In this document: positions 20,301-30,230 of the stretch, piece by piece
Position numbering within the stretch: the stretch's first letter is position 1
Layout of the letters: each line of letters begins with the position of its first letter
Assembly (NCBI GenBank): GCA_003707115.1
Contig: PPNB01000006.1
Span: 186,001 to 250,000, forward strand
From: Tortispora ganteri
Taxonomy: Eukaryota
Length of the DNA: 64,000 nucleotides
Direction of reading: 5' to 3'
Program-made: the position numbers and the translations under genes
The notes under the pieces: generated by a model
The model's input: only the letters and a program-made list of their open reading frames with translations
Told to the model about the DNA's origin: nothing
Databases searched by the model: none

Positions 20301-21263
20301 TCAAGCGAAAATGTAGACCGGTTCTGGCCAGTCTGCGGGATCATTGAATCGGAGACCAATATCGAGGCCAGATATCGCATTAATTTCTTGTTCAGAGAGA
20401 TCAAAAGAGGTAACGTCAAAGTTCTCTGCAAGACGCGCCGGGTTAGACGATTTAGGAATGACTGCAATACCATTCTGCGTAGCCCAACGCAGAAGCACCT
20501 GGGCGGGTGTCTTGCCGTGAGCAGCGGCGATTTCGTTAATAAGCGGATGCTTGAACAGTGAAACTACATTCTCGGCCTTGGTAGACTTCAATTCAAGAAA
20601 AGATTGTGGACCAAACGAGGAATAGGCGGTCACGGCTATGTTCTTCTGCTTGGCGAGCTTGAGAAGCGCGGGCTGGGTGAGATACGGGTGGTGTTCGATC
20701 TGTAGCACTGCAGGAGCAATGCGTGCCCCGCGGAGCAAGTCAAGAATAATGGATCCTTGACAGTTCGAAATTCCAATTGAACGGACAAGTCCCTTGTCGA
20801 CAAGAGACTCCATAGCTTTCCATGTCTCGAGAAGAGGAATATTCTCAAAAGCCATAGTGGCAACGTCCTTTCCGCAGTAGAAAGTCGGAGGGTACTTCTC
20901 TTCAGGATCGACGTACTTCTGTGCAATTGGGAAATGAATGAGGAACAAATCGAAGTAGTCTACGCCCCAATCTGCCAACGATCGACGACACATCTTCTCG
21001 ACGTGTTTAGGGTCATGGAAAGAGTTCCATAGTTTGGATGTCACAAACACATCTTCACGTTTAACAATACCGTCATCGATAGCTTTCTTTAGTCCTTGAC
21101 CGGCTTCTTTCTCATTGCCATAGTCCTGAGCGCCGTCGAGGAGTCTGTATCCTGCCTTCAGCACATTGTACACTTGGTCGGCGCAGATACTGGTATCGAC
21201 TTTCCACAGCCCGTAACCGACAAGTGGCATGCTATATCCGGATGATAATTTCACTGAGACCAT
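20301..21263 (-). CDS. XYL1: NAD(P)H-dependent D-xylose (aldose) reductase, AKR2B type
   Basis: [48 protein letters not shown]...[33 protein letters not shown] and LRFNDP.DW. ATG is at 21263. Confidence 0.93.
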   Translation of the reverse strand: MVSVKLSSGYSMPLVGYGLWKVDTSICADQVYNVLKAGYRLLDGAQDYGNEKEAGQGLKKAIDDGIVKREDVFVTSKLWNSFHDPKHVEKMCRRSLADWGVDYFDLFLIHFPIAQKYVDPEEKYPPTFYCGKDVATMAFENIPLLETWKAMESLVDKGLVRSIGISNCQGSIILDLLRGARIAPAVLQIEHHPYLTQPALLKLAKQKNIAVTAYSSFGPQSFLELKSTKAENVVSLFKHPLINEIAAAHGKTPAQVLLRWATQNGIAVIPKSSNPARLAENFDVTSFDLSEQEINAISGLDIGLRFNDPADWPEPVYIFA

Positions 21264-21360
21264 TTCGCTTTTCAATTATGTACCGTCCGTATAATCTGAT
21301 TCTGACCCGGCTCCAGCAATTGTAGCGCTTTTATATATGCTAAAAAGTAGACCTTACCTC

Positions 21361-21379
21361 ATTTATCCGGACGGGTAAA
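21361..21379. promoter_or_regulatory. Everted pair of CGGNTAAA half-sites (TTTATCCG-GA-CGGGTAAA) upstream of xylose reductase
   Basis: Near-palindrome with one mismatch. 21361-21370 is the reverse complement of the XYL2 promoter 10-mer. A TATA-like run is at about 21329-21338. Confidence 0.55.
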
Positions 21380-22732
21380 AGATACGTATAGAACACCGTC
21401 ACATGATTGGCCAACGGGAAATTGCAAAACTTTGTTATCAAAAGTAAAGCTTTCTTGAACATGAAAATCAGGAGTACCTTGTAAGCAATACATCTCATGT
21501 ACAGTACTTCAGCAGGTAATATAAACTGACTTGTAATTCTTTCTGCATTTTTAGTTTCCAGCTAGTACCAAATTGATGTCATTGTGCTGTTGGTGTCTTT
21601 TCCAAGCTCCCTATATATAAATCATGACGACAGAAACCTTATTTCATCAGCCCCACAGTATGCTTATGAACAATATACTAGCCTTCTATAGAACAATAAA
21701 TAGAGGGTGGTTGAAGTTAAAGGAAATTTTAGACGTCATTGCATTTCAGTCAATGAAAGTATAGCAGCCACATCGCTGATATGTGTACTGGATGCAAGAC
21801 CCGCGTACTTTAACCATGATGTGCTCTTCTTACGGATCAACATGTGATATCATACCCTTTTGAGACCATATCAGATCTCACAGTTTCAATTCAACAACTA
21901 TTTGTTCATAATCATAAGCCCCTGATTCGCTGGTCATTTAAAGTCCAAGCCCGCCAGTCACTTGTAATTTTCTTGTCACCGGTCGTTCCTTAAATAAAAC
22001 CTTATTGAATTTGACCAAAATGACATCCCACCGTCTCTCTCTGTCTGCGAACATGTTTGTCCGCCATATTGAGCTGTCAATTTCTTCTGAATTATACAAG
22101 AATTTGTGAATCAGTTAGTTTTTAGTAACATGATACCCATTAAGTGACTTTATTCAAGCCCAGTTCTTTGCTTCACACTGCTATTGAGGCGCTGCATTTT
22201 TGTTCGCCAGCCGCAAATAACAACAACAAAAGATACCTACGCTAGCTGCACCTAGCCGCATTACTATAACATCCATACAATTGCAATAAAACTGTTTATT
22301 GCTATAATGTATCAAAATGGTCATGCCATTGTCGCATAATCACTATAGTTTCGTCTTCAGACATACGATCAAACAAGGGTATCCTTGACCCTAAAACGGA
22401 AAAACCGCCCAACGTCCAACCATATCGAATCAAATCATGTCACCTGGTCCACTCCCTTCCCCTGACAACCACCCTTCATCCCCATAAACATTCCTAATCC
22501 AGTTTCCCCTACCCTTTGTTTATACATTGACAAAGTCAATCCTCAGCGGACGTTTCGTTTTGACTTGCAGACGGAGAAGCCACAGTCAACGAAGAACCCA
22601 CTTAGAAAGTGACCACCAATTTATAGATTCCTGTGCGAAGGCCTGCTTGGAGCCCTCTCCCTTTTCTCTTTTCCAATATTCCCGGATCCCTTTAGCCCTC
22701 ATCTTTCTTTCCTAAGGCAAAGTACCTTTCTG

Positions 22733-24430
22733 ATGGCCTCTACCTCAAACCAAAAGGCTTCCAATACATCTGGCAGGTCCTTCTCTCGCTTTCTGTTTTG
22801 TTGTTGTGGTGATTCCTATGTCGATGAAGCGCATTCCCCCGATTCCAGGCCTCCTTCTTCCGTCTCTGCCCCGCAGCCTACCGCTCTGCCGTCCGCCCAG
22901 CCAGTACAGGCCGATTCGACTGAACTTGCTGATCCAGTAGCTTCAGTTCCTGCACCTCAAAAAGCTCATGACTATGCGACTTTGCCTCGTCGTCGTGATA
23001 GCATAAAAAATCATTCAACTCCTTTGAAACCCGAACTATTCCCCACTCCCGACCCTCTCAATGAGTCCGATAAGGCGAGTGCGGAAATCGCTGAACCTAT
23101 GGGCATGGTTCCGGCCTTGTCGCAATCAGAACCCCGTTCTCCTTTGGCTGAAGACATCCAAGAGCCTATGCCTGATACAGTATCTGAATCACGTAGCTCC
23201 ATTTCTTCTGGTACTTCCGATGGCGGTGGAAGAAGCAGCCGTGCCAACAGTGTGACACACAGATCTCAATCGTCCGATGAACATGCTATCACCACAGATT
23301 CATCAAGCACGTCAGTACCATCAATACCTGAAAAAGTATCCGAAGCCGCAATACAGCGAACTGAAGCTGCACCGCCGCTGGTTTCAGCCATTATGACATC
23401 TCCTAAGAAAGCCAAAGCTACTACGCCAAACGTGTCCTCACCTTCTGTTCCTACTATTAGCATTGCCGCTCCACCTAAATCTATGATTATTGACGACGTT
23501 GACGATGGAAATGACCGCGGCAGATCATCACAGAAACTTAGACCTATAGATCGCGAAGAAAGTGCCGACAGCCACTCGTCCGACCTTCACAGTACAGGAC
23601 AGTCGTTAGTGGGTCGTATTTGGGAACACATGTTTCTTAGTTCAGAAGAAAGAAGACAGCGATCTCGCTCTCGCTCTGCAAACCGAGATTCGAAATCTAA
23701 TTCCAGACGCAGCTCACGATCTAGCAGAAGATCTCTTAGGCCTAGTACCTCGAGAAGCTCTTCACGAAGCTCAAGACCTTCTTCCTTGGATGAAAGTCTT
23801 CGAATGCTTGATTATGATTACGATCCTGATTACCAATTGCAAGCAAGCTCCACAATCGTGCCCGGACTTTCGCAGCACTGGCTACTCCATCCTACACGAA
23901 CTGAAATGATAGGTCGCAAGTGCCTGGTGTTAGACCTTGATGAGACATTGGTACATTCCTCTTTCAAGCTCCTGACGACTCCCGATTTTGTTGTACCAGT
24001 TGAAATTGAAGGCCAGTATCAGAGTGTTTACGTCATTAAGCGACCTGGTGTAGATGAGTTTCTTGAACGTGTTGGAAAACTTTTCGAAGTTGTTGTATTC
24101 ACAGCATCTGTGGCGAAATATGGAGATCCGTTGCTGGATAAGCTAGACAAAACCCATTCGGTGCATCATAGGCTGTTTCGTGAAGCCTGCTTTGTTCACC
24201 AAGGGACATATGTGAAAGACCTTTCGCAACTGGGAAGGCCGTTAAAAGACACGATCATAATTGACAATTCACCGTCGTCATACATGTTTCACCCTGACCA
24301 TGCTATACCTATTTCGTCGTGGTTTTCTGATTCACATGACACTGAACTGCTTGACATGCTGCCAATATTAGAAGATCTTGCTTCTTCGAAGGTGTCGGAT
24401 GTTTCCCGAGTATTGGATACAGCCCTATAA
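22733..24430 (+). CDS. PSR1: Plasma-membrane CTD-small-phosphatase-like protein (Psr1/Psr2, NIF family)
   Basis: N-terminal LFCCCG acylation motif. C-terminal [40 protein letters not shown] and [12 protein letters not shown]. Confidence 0.93.
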   Translation: MASTSNQKASNTSGRSFSRFLFCCCGDSYVDEAHSPDSRPPSSVSAPQPTALPSAQPVQADSTELADPVASVPAPQKAHDYATLPRRRDSIKNHSTPLKPELFPTPDPLNESDKASAEIAEPMGMVPALSQSEPRSPLAEDIQEPMPDTVSESRSSISSGTSDGGGRSSRANSVTHRSQSSDEHAITTDSSSTSVPSIPEKVSEAAIQRTEAAPPLVSAIMTSPKKAKATTPNVSSPSVPTISIAAPPKSMIIDDVDDGNDRGRSSQKLRPIDREESADSHSSDLHSTGQSLVGRIWEHMFLSSEERRQRSRSRSANRDSKSNSRRSSRSSRRSLRPSTSRSSSRSSRPSSLDESLRMLDYDYDPDYQLQASSTIVPGLSQHWLLHPTRTEMIGRKCLVLDLDETLVHSSFKLLTTPDFVVPVEIEGQYQSVYVIKRPGVDEFLERVGKLFEVVVFTASVAKYGDPLLDKLDKTHSVHHRLFREACFVHQGTYVKDLSQLGRPLKDTIIIDNSPSSYMFHPDHAIPISSWFSDSHDTELLDMLPILEDLASSKVSDVSRVLDTAL

Positions 24431-24772
24431 ATTGCCGGATTGAAATATTTACTATACGCTCATTTTATCAGTCATTCCTTTTTTTTTTGTCATTAATAGT
24501 TTGCGTCCTCTTTAGAAAGAAGCAAAGAACATTCAATTGCTTGAAGATAATCATTGACCTTTGAGACTCCCATAAATTCAGTAACTCTAGCATGTATATG
24601 AATCGCGCTAGCAGAAATAAGGTTTTTGTATTAGCAGAAGGCAGAACTTGGTAATAGTCATTACCTTAGATCAGCTTAGACGGACTTAATATTAGACTAG
24701 TTGGCGTATCTGAGTTGATTGTTGATAGCTCTGAGTTTCTTTGACTAGCAGAGGTCAGATTTGCGTCGTTAG

Positions 24773-25627
24773 ATGCTTAGAGGGTTTGCTAGAATTGTTA
24801 TCAAGCAGAGAAAGATGACCAAACCGTTGAAAGTTCCTGAAGCGTTAAAGGTTAGCGTGAGTACAGCGGTGAAGCCGACAATTGCATCGCGAGATACATG
24901 GGATGAAGCAAAGACACATATTTTAAGTGTTGACAAATCTCTAAAACCATTTCTGAAGGAACCGATGCGCATGTTCCAAGATCGACCTCCAGAGAAAGTC
25001 GATTGTCTGGGGTACCTTATTCGAGGAATAATTGCACAGCAACTTAGCATGAAAGTGGCTTTTAAAATGAGTGAACGGCTTAGAGAATATTTTGGGCTGG
25101 CGGACGGCGATTTTATGGATGCAGAACGACTCGCCAATACGAGTATAGACGAGTACAAGGCGCTGGGTCTATCTACGCGGAAGGCTGAATATTGTAAAGG
25201 TTTGGCAGAGATGTTCGTTGATGGAAGACTGAGTAACGAGATGCTACAGAAGATATCTGATGAGGAGATTGTAGAAAAACTGATTGCTATACGAGGATTA
25301 GGAGAGTGGTCTATTCATATGTTTTTGATGTTCGGACTACGACGACTTGATGTGTTTGCGGAAGGAGATCTCGGGGTGAAGAAAGGAATTTTAAAATATG
25401 CTAATCAAATATATGACGAAGCGACGGTACGTCGAATGATGAATCCTATGTATGGAATTGACTTAATACAAGGATCACCCAAAAAGAAAGTGAAGAAGGA
25501 TCCGAAGTTCCTGTCGAGGAACGCGATGCTTGAGATTGCATCACGATTTGAGCCTCATCGGTCGTTATTCACGTTATTAATGTGGCAAATGATAGACGTG
25601 AATGTTAAGGAAATGGAAATTATTTAA
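24773..25627 (+). CDS. MAG1: DNA-3-methyladenine glycosylase (HhH-GPD family)
   Basis: IIAQQLS, GLSTRKAEY, the HhH motif LIAIRGLGEWS..MFLMFGL.R.DVF..GDLGV, and P.RS....MW. The start could be the second Met (24815). Confidence 0.88.
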   Translation: MLRGFARIVIKQRKMTKPLKVPEALKVSVSTAVKPTIASRDTWDEAKTHILSVDKSLKPFLKEPMRMFQDRPPEKVDCLGYLIRGIIAQQLSMKVAFKMSERLREYFGLADGDFMDAERLANTSIDEYKALGLSTRKAEYCKGLAEMFVDGRLSNEMLQKISDEEIVEKLIAIRGLGEWSIHMFLMFGLRRLDVFAEGDLGVKKGILKYANQIYDEATVRRMMNPMYGIDLIQGSPKKKVKKDPKFLSRNAMLEIASRFEPHRSLFTLLMWQMIDVNVKEMEII

Positions 25628-25699
25628 AATAGAGAGATTAGCGGAACCTGACTTAAGAGCATATTCTAGCATATAGTAGTGAACTTAAACTTCGACACT

Positions 25700-26794
25700 A
25701 TGACAGATCAGCAGAAAGTTGCAAGAGTACAATCAGAGGAACCAGTGTCGAGTCCTGAACCTGAATATGACGGTGAAATAATTGACGAATCAGAATTATT
25801 GAATGAATTTGACGAAAATACTGAATATATCGATCTTACTCATTGCCGCATTCGATCTATTAAGAACCTTGAAATTGTAAACAGTGAAGGCGTATGTAGA
25901 ATACCACAACTGAAATTTCTAGGGCTTCGTCAAAACCTAATTACATCGCTAAATGGAATAGAAGATTTGCCACTGTGTATTGAAGAGCTTGATCTGTATG
26001 ATAATCTGATTCGACACGGCGGACGGGTTGCACGCCTGGTCAACTTGAAAAGTCTTGATTTTTCATTCAACAAACTGAAGCATATTCCTTCGTACAAGGA
26101 TGAAGAGGAAGGTGATGGAACAGTTAAGGGATTAATTCATCTCACTAAATTAGAGAATTTATATTTTGTTCAAAACAAAATTTCCAAGATTGAGCATCTT
26201 TTCGATCCTGAACTGCGTCAGGCGGGTAAACCGCAAATGGCCGATACACTGAAGAATCTTGAACTCGGAGGCAACAGGATCAGACAAATTGAAAATCTAA
26301 ACGGGTTTACTAATTTAAGTCAATTATGGCTTGGTAAAAATAAAATTACTGAATTAGCAAACCTGGGATCTAATTTAGGCGCTACGTTGAAAATCTTGTC
26401 TATTCAGGCTAATAGAATTACTTCACTGAAAGGTCTAGAAAACTTGACAGAACTGGAAGAACTTTATATTTCTTACAATGGGCTTACTAACATATCATCT
26501 CTTGAGAACAACAAAAAACTGAGAATTATTGACATATCTAACAACATGATATCTAAACTCGAGAACCTATCGCACTTAACAGAGCTAGAGGAGCTATGGG
26601 CGTCTTACAACCAACTGAGCTCGTTCAAGGAAGTCGAGGATCAACTAGGTCATTTAACGAAATTGGAAACAGTTTACTTTGAAGGAAACCCATTACAGAT
26701 AAACAGTCGTGTTACATACAGGAATAAGGTGAAGTTGGCACTTGGGCCTTCATTGAAACAGATCGATGCTACATTCATTACATCAGAGATCTAG
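25700..26794 (+). CDS. SDS22: PP1 regulatory subunit Sds22 (LRR protein)
   Basis: IDLTHCRI, LRQNLI, ELDLYDN, LDFSFNKLKHI, YFVQNKISKIE, LELGGNRIR.IENL, LWLGKNKI, TVYFEGNPLQ, LKQIDAT. Confidence 0.96.
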   Translation: MTDQQKVARVQSEEPVSSPEPEYDGEIIDESELLNEFDENTEYIDLTHCRIRSIKNLEIVNSEGVCRIPQLKFLGLRQNLITSLNGIEDLPLCIEELDLYDNLIRHGGRVARLVNLKSLDFSFNKLKHIPSYKDEEEGDGTVKGLIHLTKLENLYFVQNKISKIEHLFDPELRQAGKPQMADTLKNLELGGNRIRQIENLNGFTNLSQLWLGKNKITELANLGSNLGATLKILSIQANRITSLKGLENLTELEELYISYNGLTNISSLENNKKLRIIDISNNMISKLENLSHLTELEELWASYNQLSSFKEVEDQLGHLTKLETVYFEGNPLQINSRVTYRNKVKLALGPSLKQIDATFITSEI

Positions 26795-26885
26795 ACGCAT
26801 TGGGTGTAATTTAAAAGCCATAGATCTTCGATCATCGATCTCAGTATTCTAAAACTTCATAAAATGCTCATTCCGAGAAAATGCT

Positions 26886-27140
26886 TCATTCCTCACCGTT
26901 AAAGGGCGACTCATCTACATAGTTCTTCCAATCGGAAACTAATCCCATATTTTTGGCCTCTCTCGGGACACTGTCACTGGACATAGAAGACGACCTTCGG
27001 CTCTGCAGGCTGTCTATAGGCACGAGATTGTAGCCATTGTTGGCAGTGTTCGACACCGATGATGATGATCTCCTAGTGTCCGGAATATACGATTCAGATA
27101 TCGGGGCGGTCAGGGAAAGCCAAGGGCCAGATTCAGACAT
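26886..27140 (-). CDS. Small (84 aa) Ser-rich hypothetical protein with two RRSSS motifs
   Basis: ATG-initiated ORF filling an otherwise empty gap. TATAAAA lies on the minus strand at 27204-27210 next to CCCCT (STRE-like). No family recognised. Confidence 0.55.
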   Translation of the reverse strand: MSESGPWLSLTAPISESYIPDTRRSSSSVSNTANNGYNLVPIDSLQSRRSSSMSSDSVPREAKNMGLVSDWKNYVDESPFNGEE

Positions 27141-27774
27141 TTCTTATAAGCAGGAGGAAGGGTATGGTCGGTAAGAGTGTACAGAGTCTCAGAATTAGGC
27201 CCCTTTTATAGTCGGTTGACGAATGTCACGGATTTTTGTATAACCGAAAAGCATGCCACTTTGTTTTGGCGTGGATAAGCCAATTGGACAATCTGGGGTA
27301 ATTATTAAGGTTGCGCGAACGTCTAAGCCCGACAAATCGGGTCGGTGTTACGGAGAAAATGTGCTTCATTATACAGGGACTAGAGAATCTCTTGCGTGAT
27401 TAATGTTAATTTTTAATTTTTTAGTGCATTTTGTGGATATTTTAGAGCTACATGGTGCTTTTAATAATGCAGCTATTACCTCTAGACGCAACATATAGCC
27501 GCCACCAGAATAACGGAGTTGTCTGTGGACGAAGAATGCGGGGTTGGGTGGGTAAAGACACCTACGTCAACGTTCGGTTAGGTAACATTGTGTTGACGAT
27601 AACCGAGCTAAGAAAGAAATATATTTATTTATTTTGCAAGTTTAAAACAGTTCAATTTTGTATTACTAAGATAGATTTTCAGATAGTACCAATTAGTGTA
27701 TTTTTAGCGATTAATTGCTCCGTTGGTGCGGTATAGCGCACATACGAAGTGTCCGAAGGTAGAGAGGTGGATTC

Positions 27775-27867
27775 AGGGTAAGAATCATTTAAAGTTTTTA
27801 GATGACTATAGGGTTTTAATAGGGTGATTGTTAAAGTTGCTAGTTGGTAGGGCTATTTAACAGTCAC
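27775..27867 (+). promoter_or_regulatory. Ribosomal-protein gene promoter: (T)AGGG(T/C) repeats plus a Homol-D-like CAGTCAC
   Basis: AGGGTA 27775, TAGGGT 27809 and 27820, TAGGGCTA 27848, CAGTCAC 27861-27867, about 135 bp upstream of the RPL20 ATG. Confidence 0.6.
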
Positions 27868-27998
27868 GGTTAAAAATTGGGAGCGTGTTGTACGCAAGAA
27901 GCAATTCGTCCCAAATACGCACGAAGTATCAACTGAATACTTAGAAAGTACTGTTGTTTTCTGTTTATTGCTAGAAGACAAAAACTTGAGTAATAATA

Positions 27999-28517
27999 AT
28001 GGGTCACTTCAAAGAATATCAAATCATTGGACGCAAGCTTCCATCTGAGGCTGATCCTGCGCCCAAATTGTACAAGATGAGAATCTTTGCTCCTAATACT
28101 GTTGTAGCGAAGTCTCGATTCTGGTACTTCCTTGGACGACTGAAAAAGGTTAAGAAATCTGCTGGTGAACTTGTTTCCTTTAATGAAGTTTCGGAAAAGA
28201 AGCCTACTAAGATTAAAAACTTTGGTATGTGGATCAGATATGACTCTCGTTCTGGCACCCACAACATGTACCGTGAGTACCGTGAACTTTCCAGGGCCGA
28301 TGCTGTTGAGGCTATGTATAACGATATGGCTGCCAGACATCGTGCTAGATTTGGATCGATTCATATTTTGAAGGTAGTTGAGCTTGAGAAAACTTCTGAT
28401 GTTAAGCGTCAAAACATCAAGCAACTTGTCTCAAAAGGTCTCAAGTTCCCTCTTCCACATCGTGTTCCTCCTTCCAGAGGTTTATACTCTGTCACACGTC
28501 CTTCTACTTTTTACTAG
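27999..28517 (+). CDS. RPL20: 60S ribosomal protein eL20 (L20/L18a), intronless CDS
   Basis: [15 protein letters not shown]...[18 protein letters not shown]...[16 protein letters not shown]...MAARHRARF...FPLPHR...RPSTFY. Confidence 0.98.
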   Translation: MGHFKEYQIIGRKLPSEADPAPKLYKMRIFAPNTVVAKSRFWYFLGRLKKVKKSAGELVSFNEVSEKKPTKIKNFGMWIRYDSRSGTHNMYREYRELSRADAVEAMYNDMAARHRARFGSIHILKVVELEKTSDVKRQNIKQLVSKGLKFPLPHRVPPSRGLYSVTRPSTFY

Positions 28518-28817
28518 ATGTTAAGAGGTTTCTCTAATGCATGCTGTATGATTTATATTTTGTAGATTAGTAGAGTAGATGGTATTTAGACTGATTACAA
28601 AACAGTTATAAAGGGACTATAGAATTAGCAGATAGCATGCTTTGACAGTTATCTAGTGAATTATCGGGTAAATTCTTTTGAATTTAAGTATTTGTATAAT
28701 TATTTATTTATTGATTTGCAAAATTGCCAGTAGCACTAAAAAAACATGTCCAATAACTTGTAGAAAAGAAATAACCCCCTTCAAGAACCTTATCTTCGCC
28801 TTACACACACATCAATA

Positions 28818-29204
28818 ATGGTAAGCAAGAGAGAAAATATGCATATAATAGTATATAATAACAGAATCTAACAGTAAATAGTCGTCATCTTCAGTTCCAG
28901 GTGGTCCAAAAGCTGCAATTAGGTATGTTTTACTACGATTTAGAATGTTAATATACCTTCATATACTAACATATATAGACGCCGTGCGACACAAGAAAGG
29001 ACTAATGCTCAAGCTTCAAAGCCATCATCAACAAGAGCTGCAGGTGCAGGTGGTTCTTCATCAACTATGTTGAAACTATACACTGACGAAGCTTCTGGTT
29101 TAAGAATCGATCCTATGGTAGTAATGGTTTTATCATTAGGATTCATCTTCTCTGTGGTTGCACTACACGTGTTAGCTAAATTGTACTCGAAGTATTTCAA
29201 GTAA
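28818..29204 (+). CDS. SBH1: Sec61 translocon beta subunit. Three exons: 28818-28820, 28882-28922, 28979-29204.
   Basis: Spliced product [20 protein letters not shown]...[51 protein letters not shown]. Introns read GTAAGC..CTAAC..TAG and GTATGT..TACTAAC..TAG. Confidence 0.95.
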
Positions 29205-29267
29205 AACTTAGAAAATGATATAGCATCCCCTGCTTACTTTCTTTCATTACTTATAGAAAAATAGACA

Positions 29268-30230
29268 ATGTATTCTAATAGATCTACACCTTTTTCCACA
29301 GATATATCTGATTATTCTTCTGCCACCGATGTCAGCGAATACGCAGATATCGAACTTCCTAATTTACGTCTTTGTCCCTCTCATTCACTGCTTCTTTCGA
29401 CACTTACTTCGCTACATACACCAATAATTAATTTCAGTTCCTCGGAGATAAGAGACAGAAAAACTATTTCTAACTGGCTAATTTCTCTGGTCTCAAGCCC
29501 CTTGTACTGGATATCAGATGAAACACTCAAAGATGAGATCAACACACTCGCTGCAAGAATACTCTCGGAATTCTGTGGACCATCTTCCAGACCTTCCATA
29601 ACTAGAACATTTTTAATCCCGAAAATACAACCTATATACTTGCACGAACCTGCTCTGACATCCGATAATCTAGGGTTGAAAACTTGGGGTTCATCATTTG
29701 TCCTGGCTAAAGCTATAGCCCACGACAGCACTGCAGTGTTCCACAATACAACTACATCTACTAGCATCCTAGAACTTGGCTCTGGCACGGGACTCGCTGG
29801 TATTGTTGCCGCTTTGTGCGGATACAGTGTGACGTTTACAGACCTGCCTGAAATCATTCCTAATTTGGAACAAAACGTCGCTGCTAACGTGCCTGGAGGC
29901 GCACTGGTAGCTCCATTGGACTGGAACATTCCTGAACAGTCACCAATTTACGGTAAAAGGTACTCGACAATACTTGTATCTGATCCAATCTACGACGATG
30001 ACCACCCGGACCTTCTAACGAAAGCTATCTCTAACTACTGGACGTTTGAGTGCGAGTCCTGTGTGATCATTCAGCTGCCTTTGCGGCCCAAATTCGAGTC
30101 TCTCAGGGAAAAATTGTATGTACGCCTGCGTTCGATTGGCCTTATAGAGAAAAACATTATCGTAGAGCCGGGAGATGACGATTTCGATTCACAGATTGAG
30201 TTCAGACGTTCTATTTGGACTCTACCGTAG
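29268..30230 (+). CDS. SAM-dependent protein-lysine methyltransferase, family 16 (Efm2/Rrg1-like)
   Basis: LHEPALTSDNLGLKTWGSS, ILELGSGTGLAG, TDLPEIIPNL..N, LDW, SDPIYD..HP. Confidence 0.85.
   Translation: MYSNRSTPFSTDISDYSSATDVSEYADIELPNLRLCPSHSLLLSTLTSLHTPIINFSSSEIRDRKTISNWLISLVSSPLYWISDETLKDEINTLAARILSEFCGPSSRPSITRTFLIPKIQPIYLHEPALTSDNLGLKTWGSSFVLAKAIAHDSTAVFHNTTTSTSILELGSGTGLAGIVAALCGYSVTFTDLPEIIPNLEQNVAANVPGGALVAPLDWNIPEQSPIYGKRYSTILVSDPIYDDDHPDLLTKAISNYWTFECESCVIIQLPLRPKFESLREKLYVRLRSIGLIEKNIIVEPGDDDFDSQIEFRRSIWTLP

Noticed and set aside
21624..21764. 46-aa ORF right after a TATA-like run
   Set aside because: The TATA ends only about 3 bp before the ATG, leaving no room for a start site, and the peptide is unrecognisable.
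27715..27790. GC-richer patch that looked tRNA-like
   Set aside because: No T-loop GTTCRA or cloverleaf pairing found.
27870..28424. 184-aa antisense ORF and other short ORFs overlapping real genes (e.g. 57801-58421, 48690-49256, 29381-29929)
   Set aside because: Shadow frames of well-supported genes, often starting at non-ATG codons.
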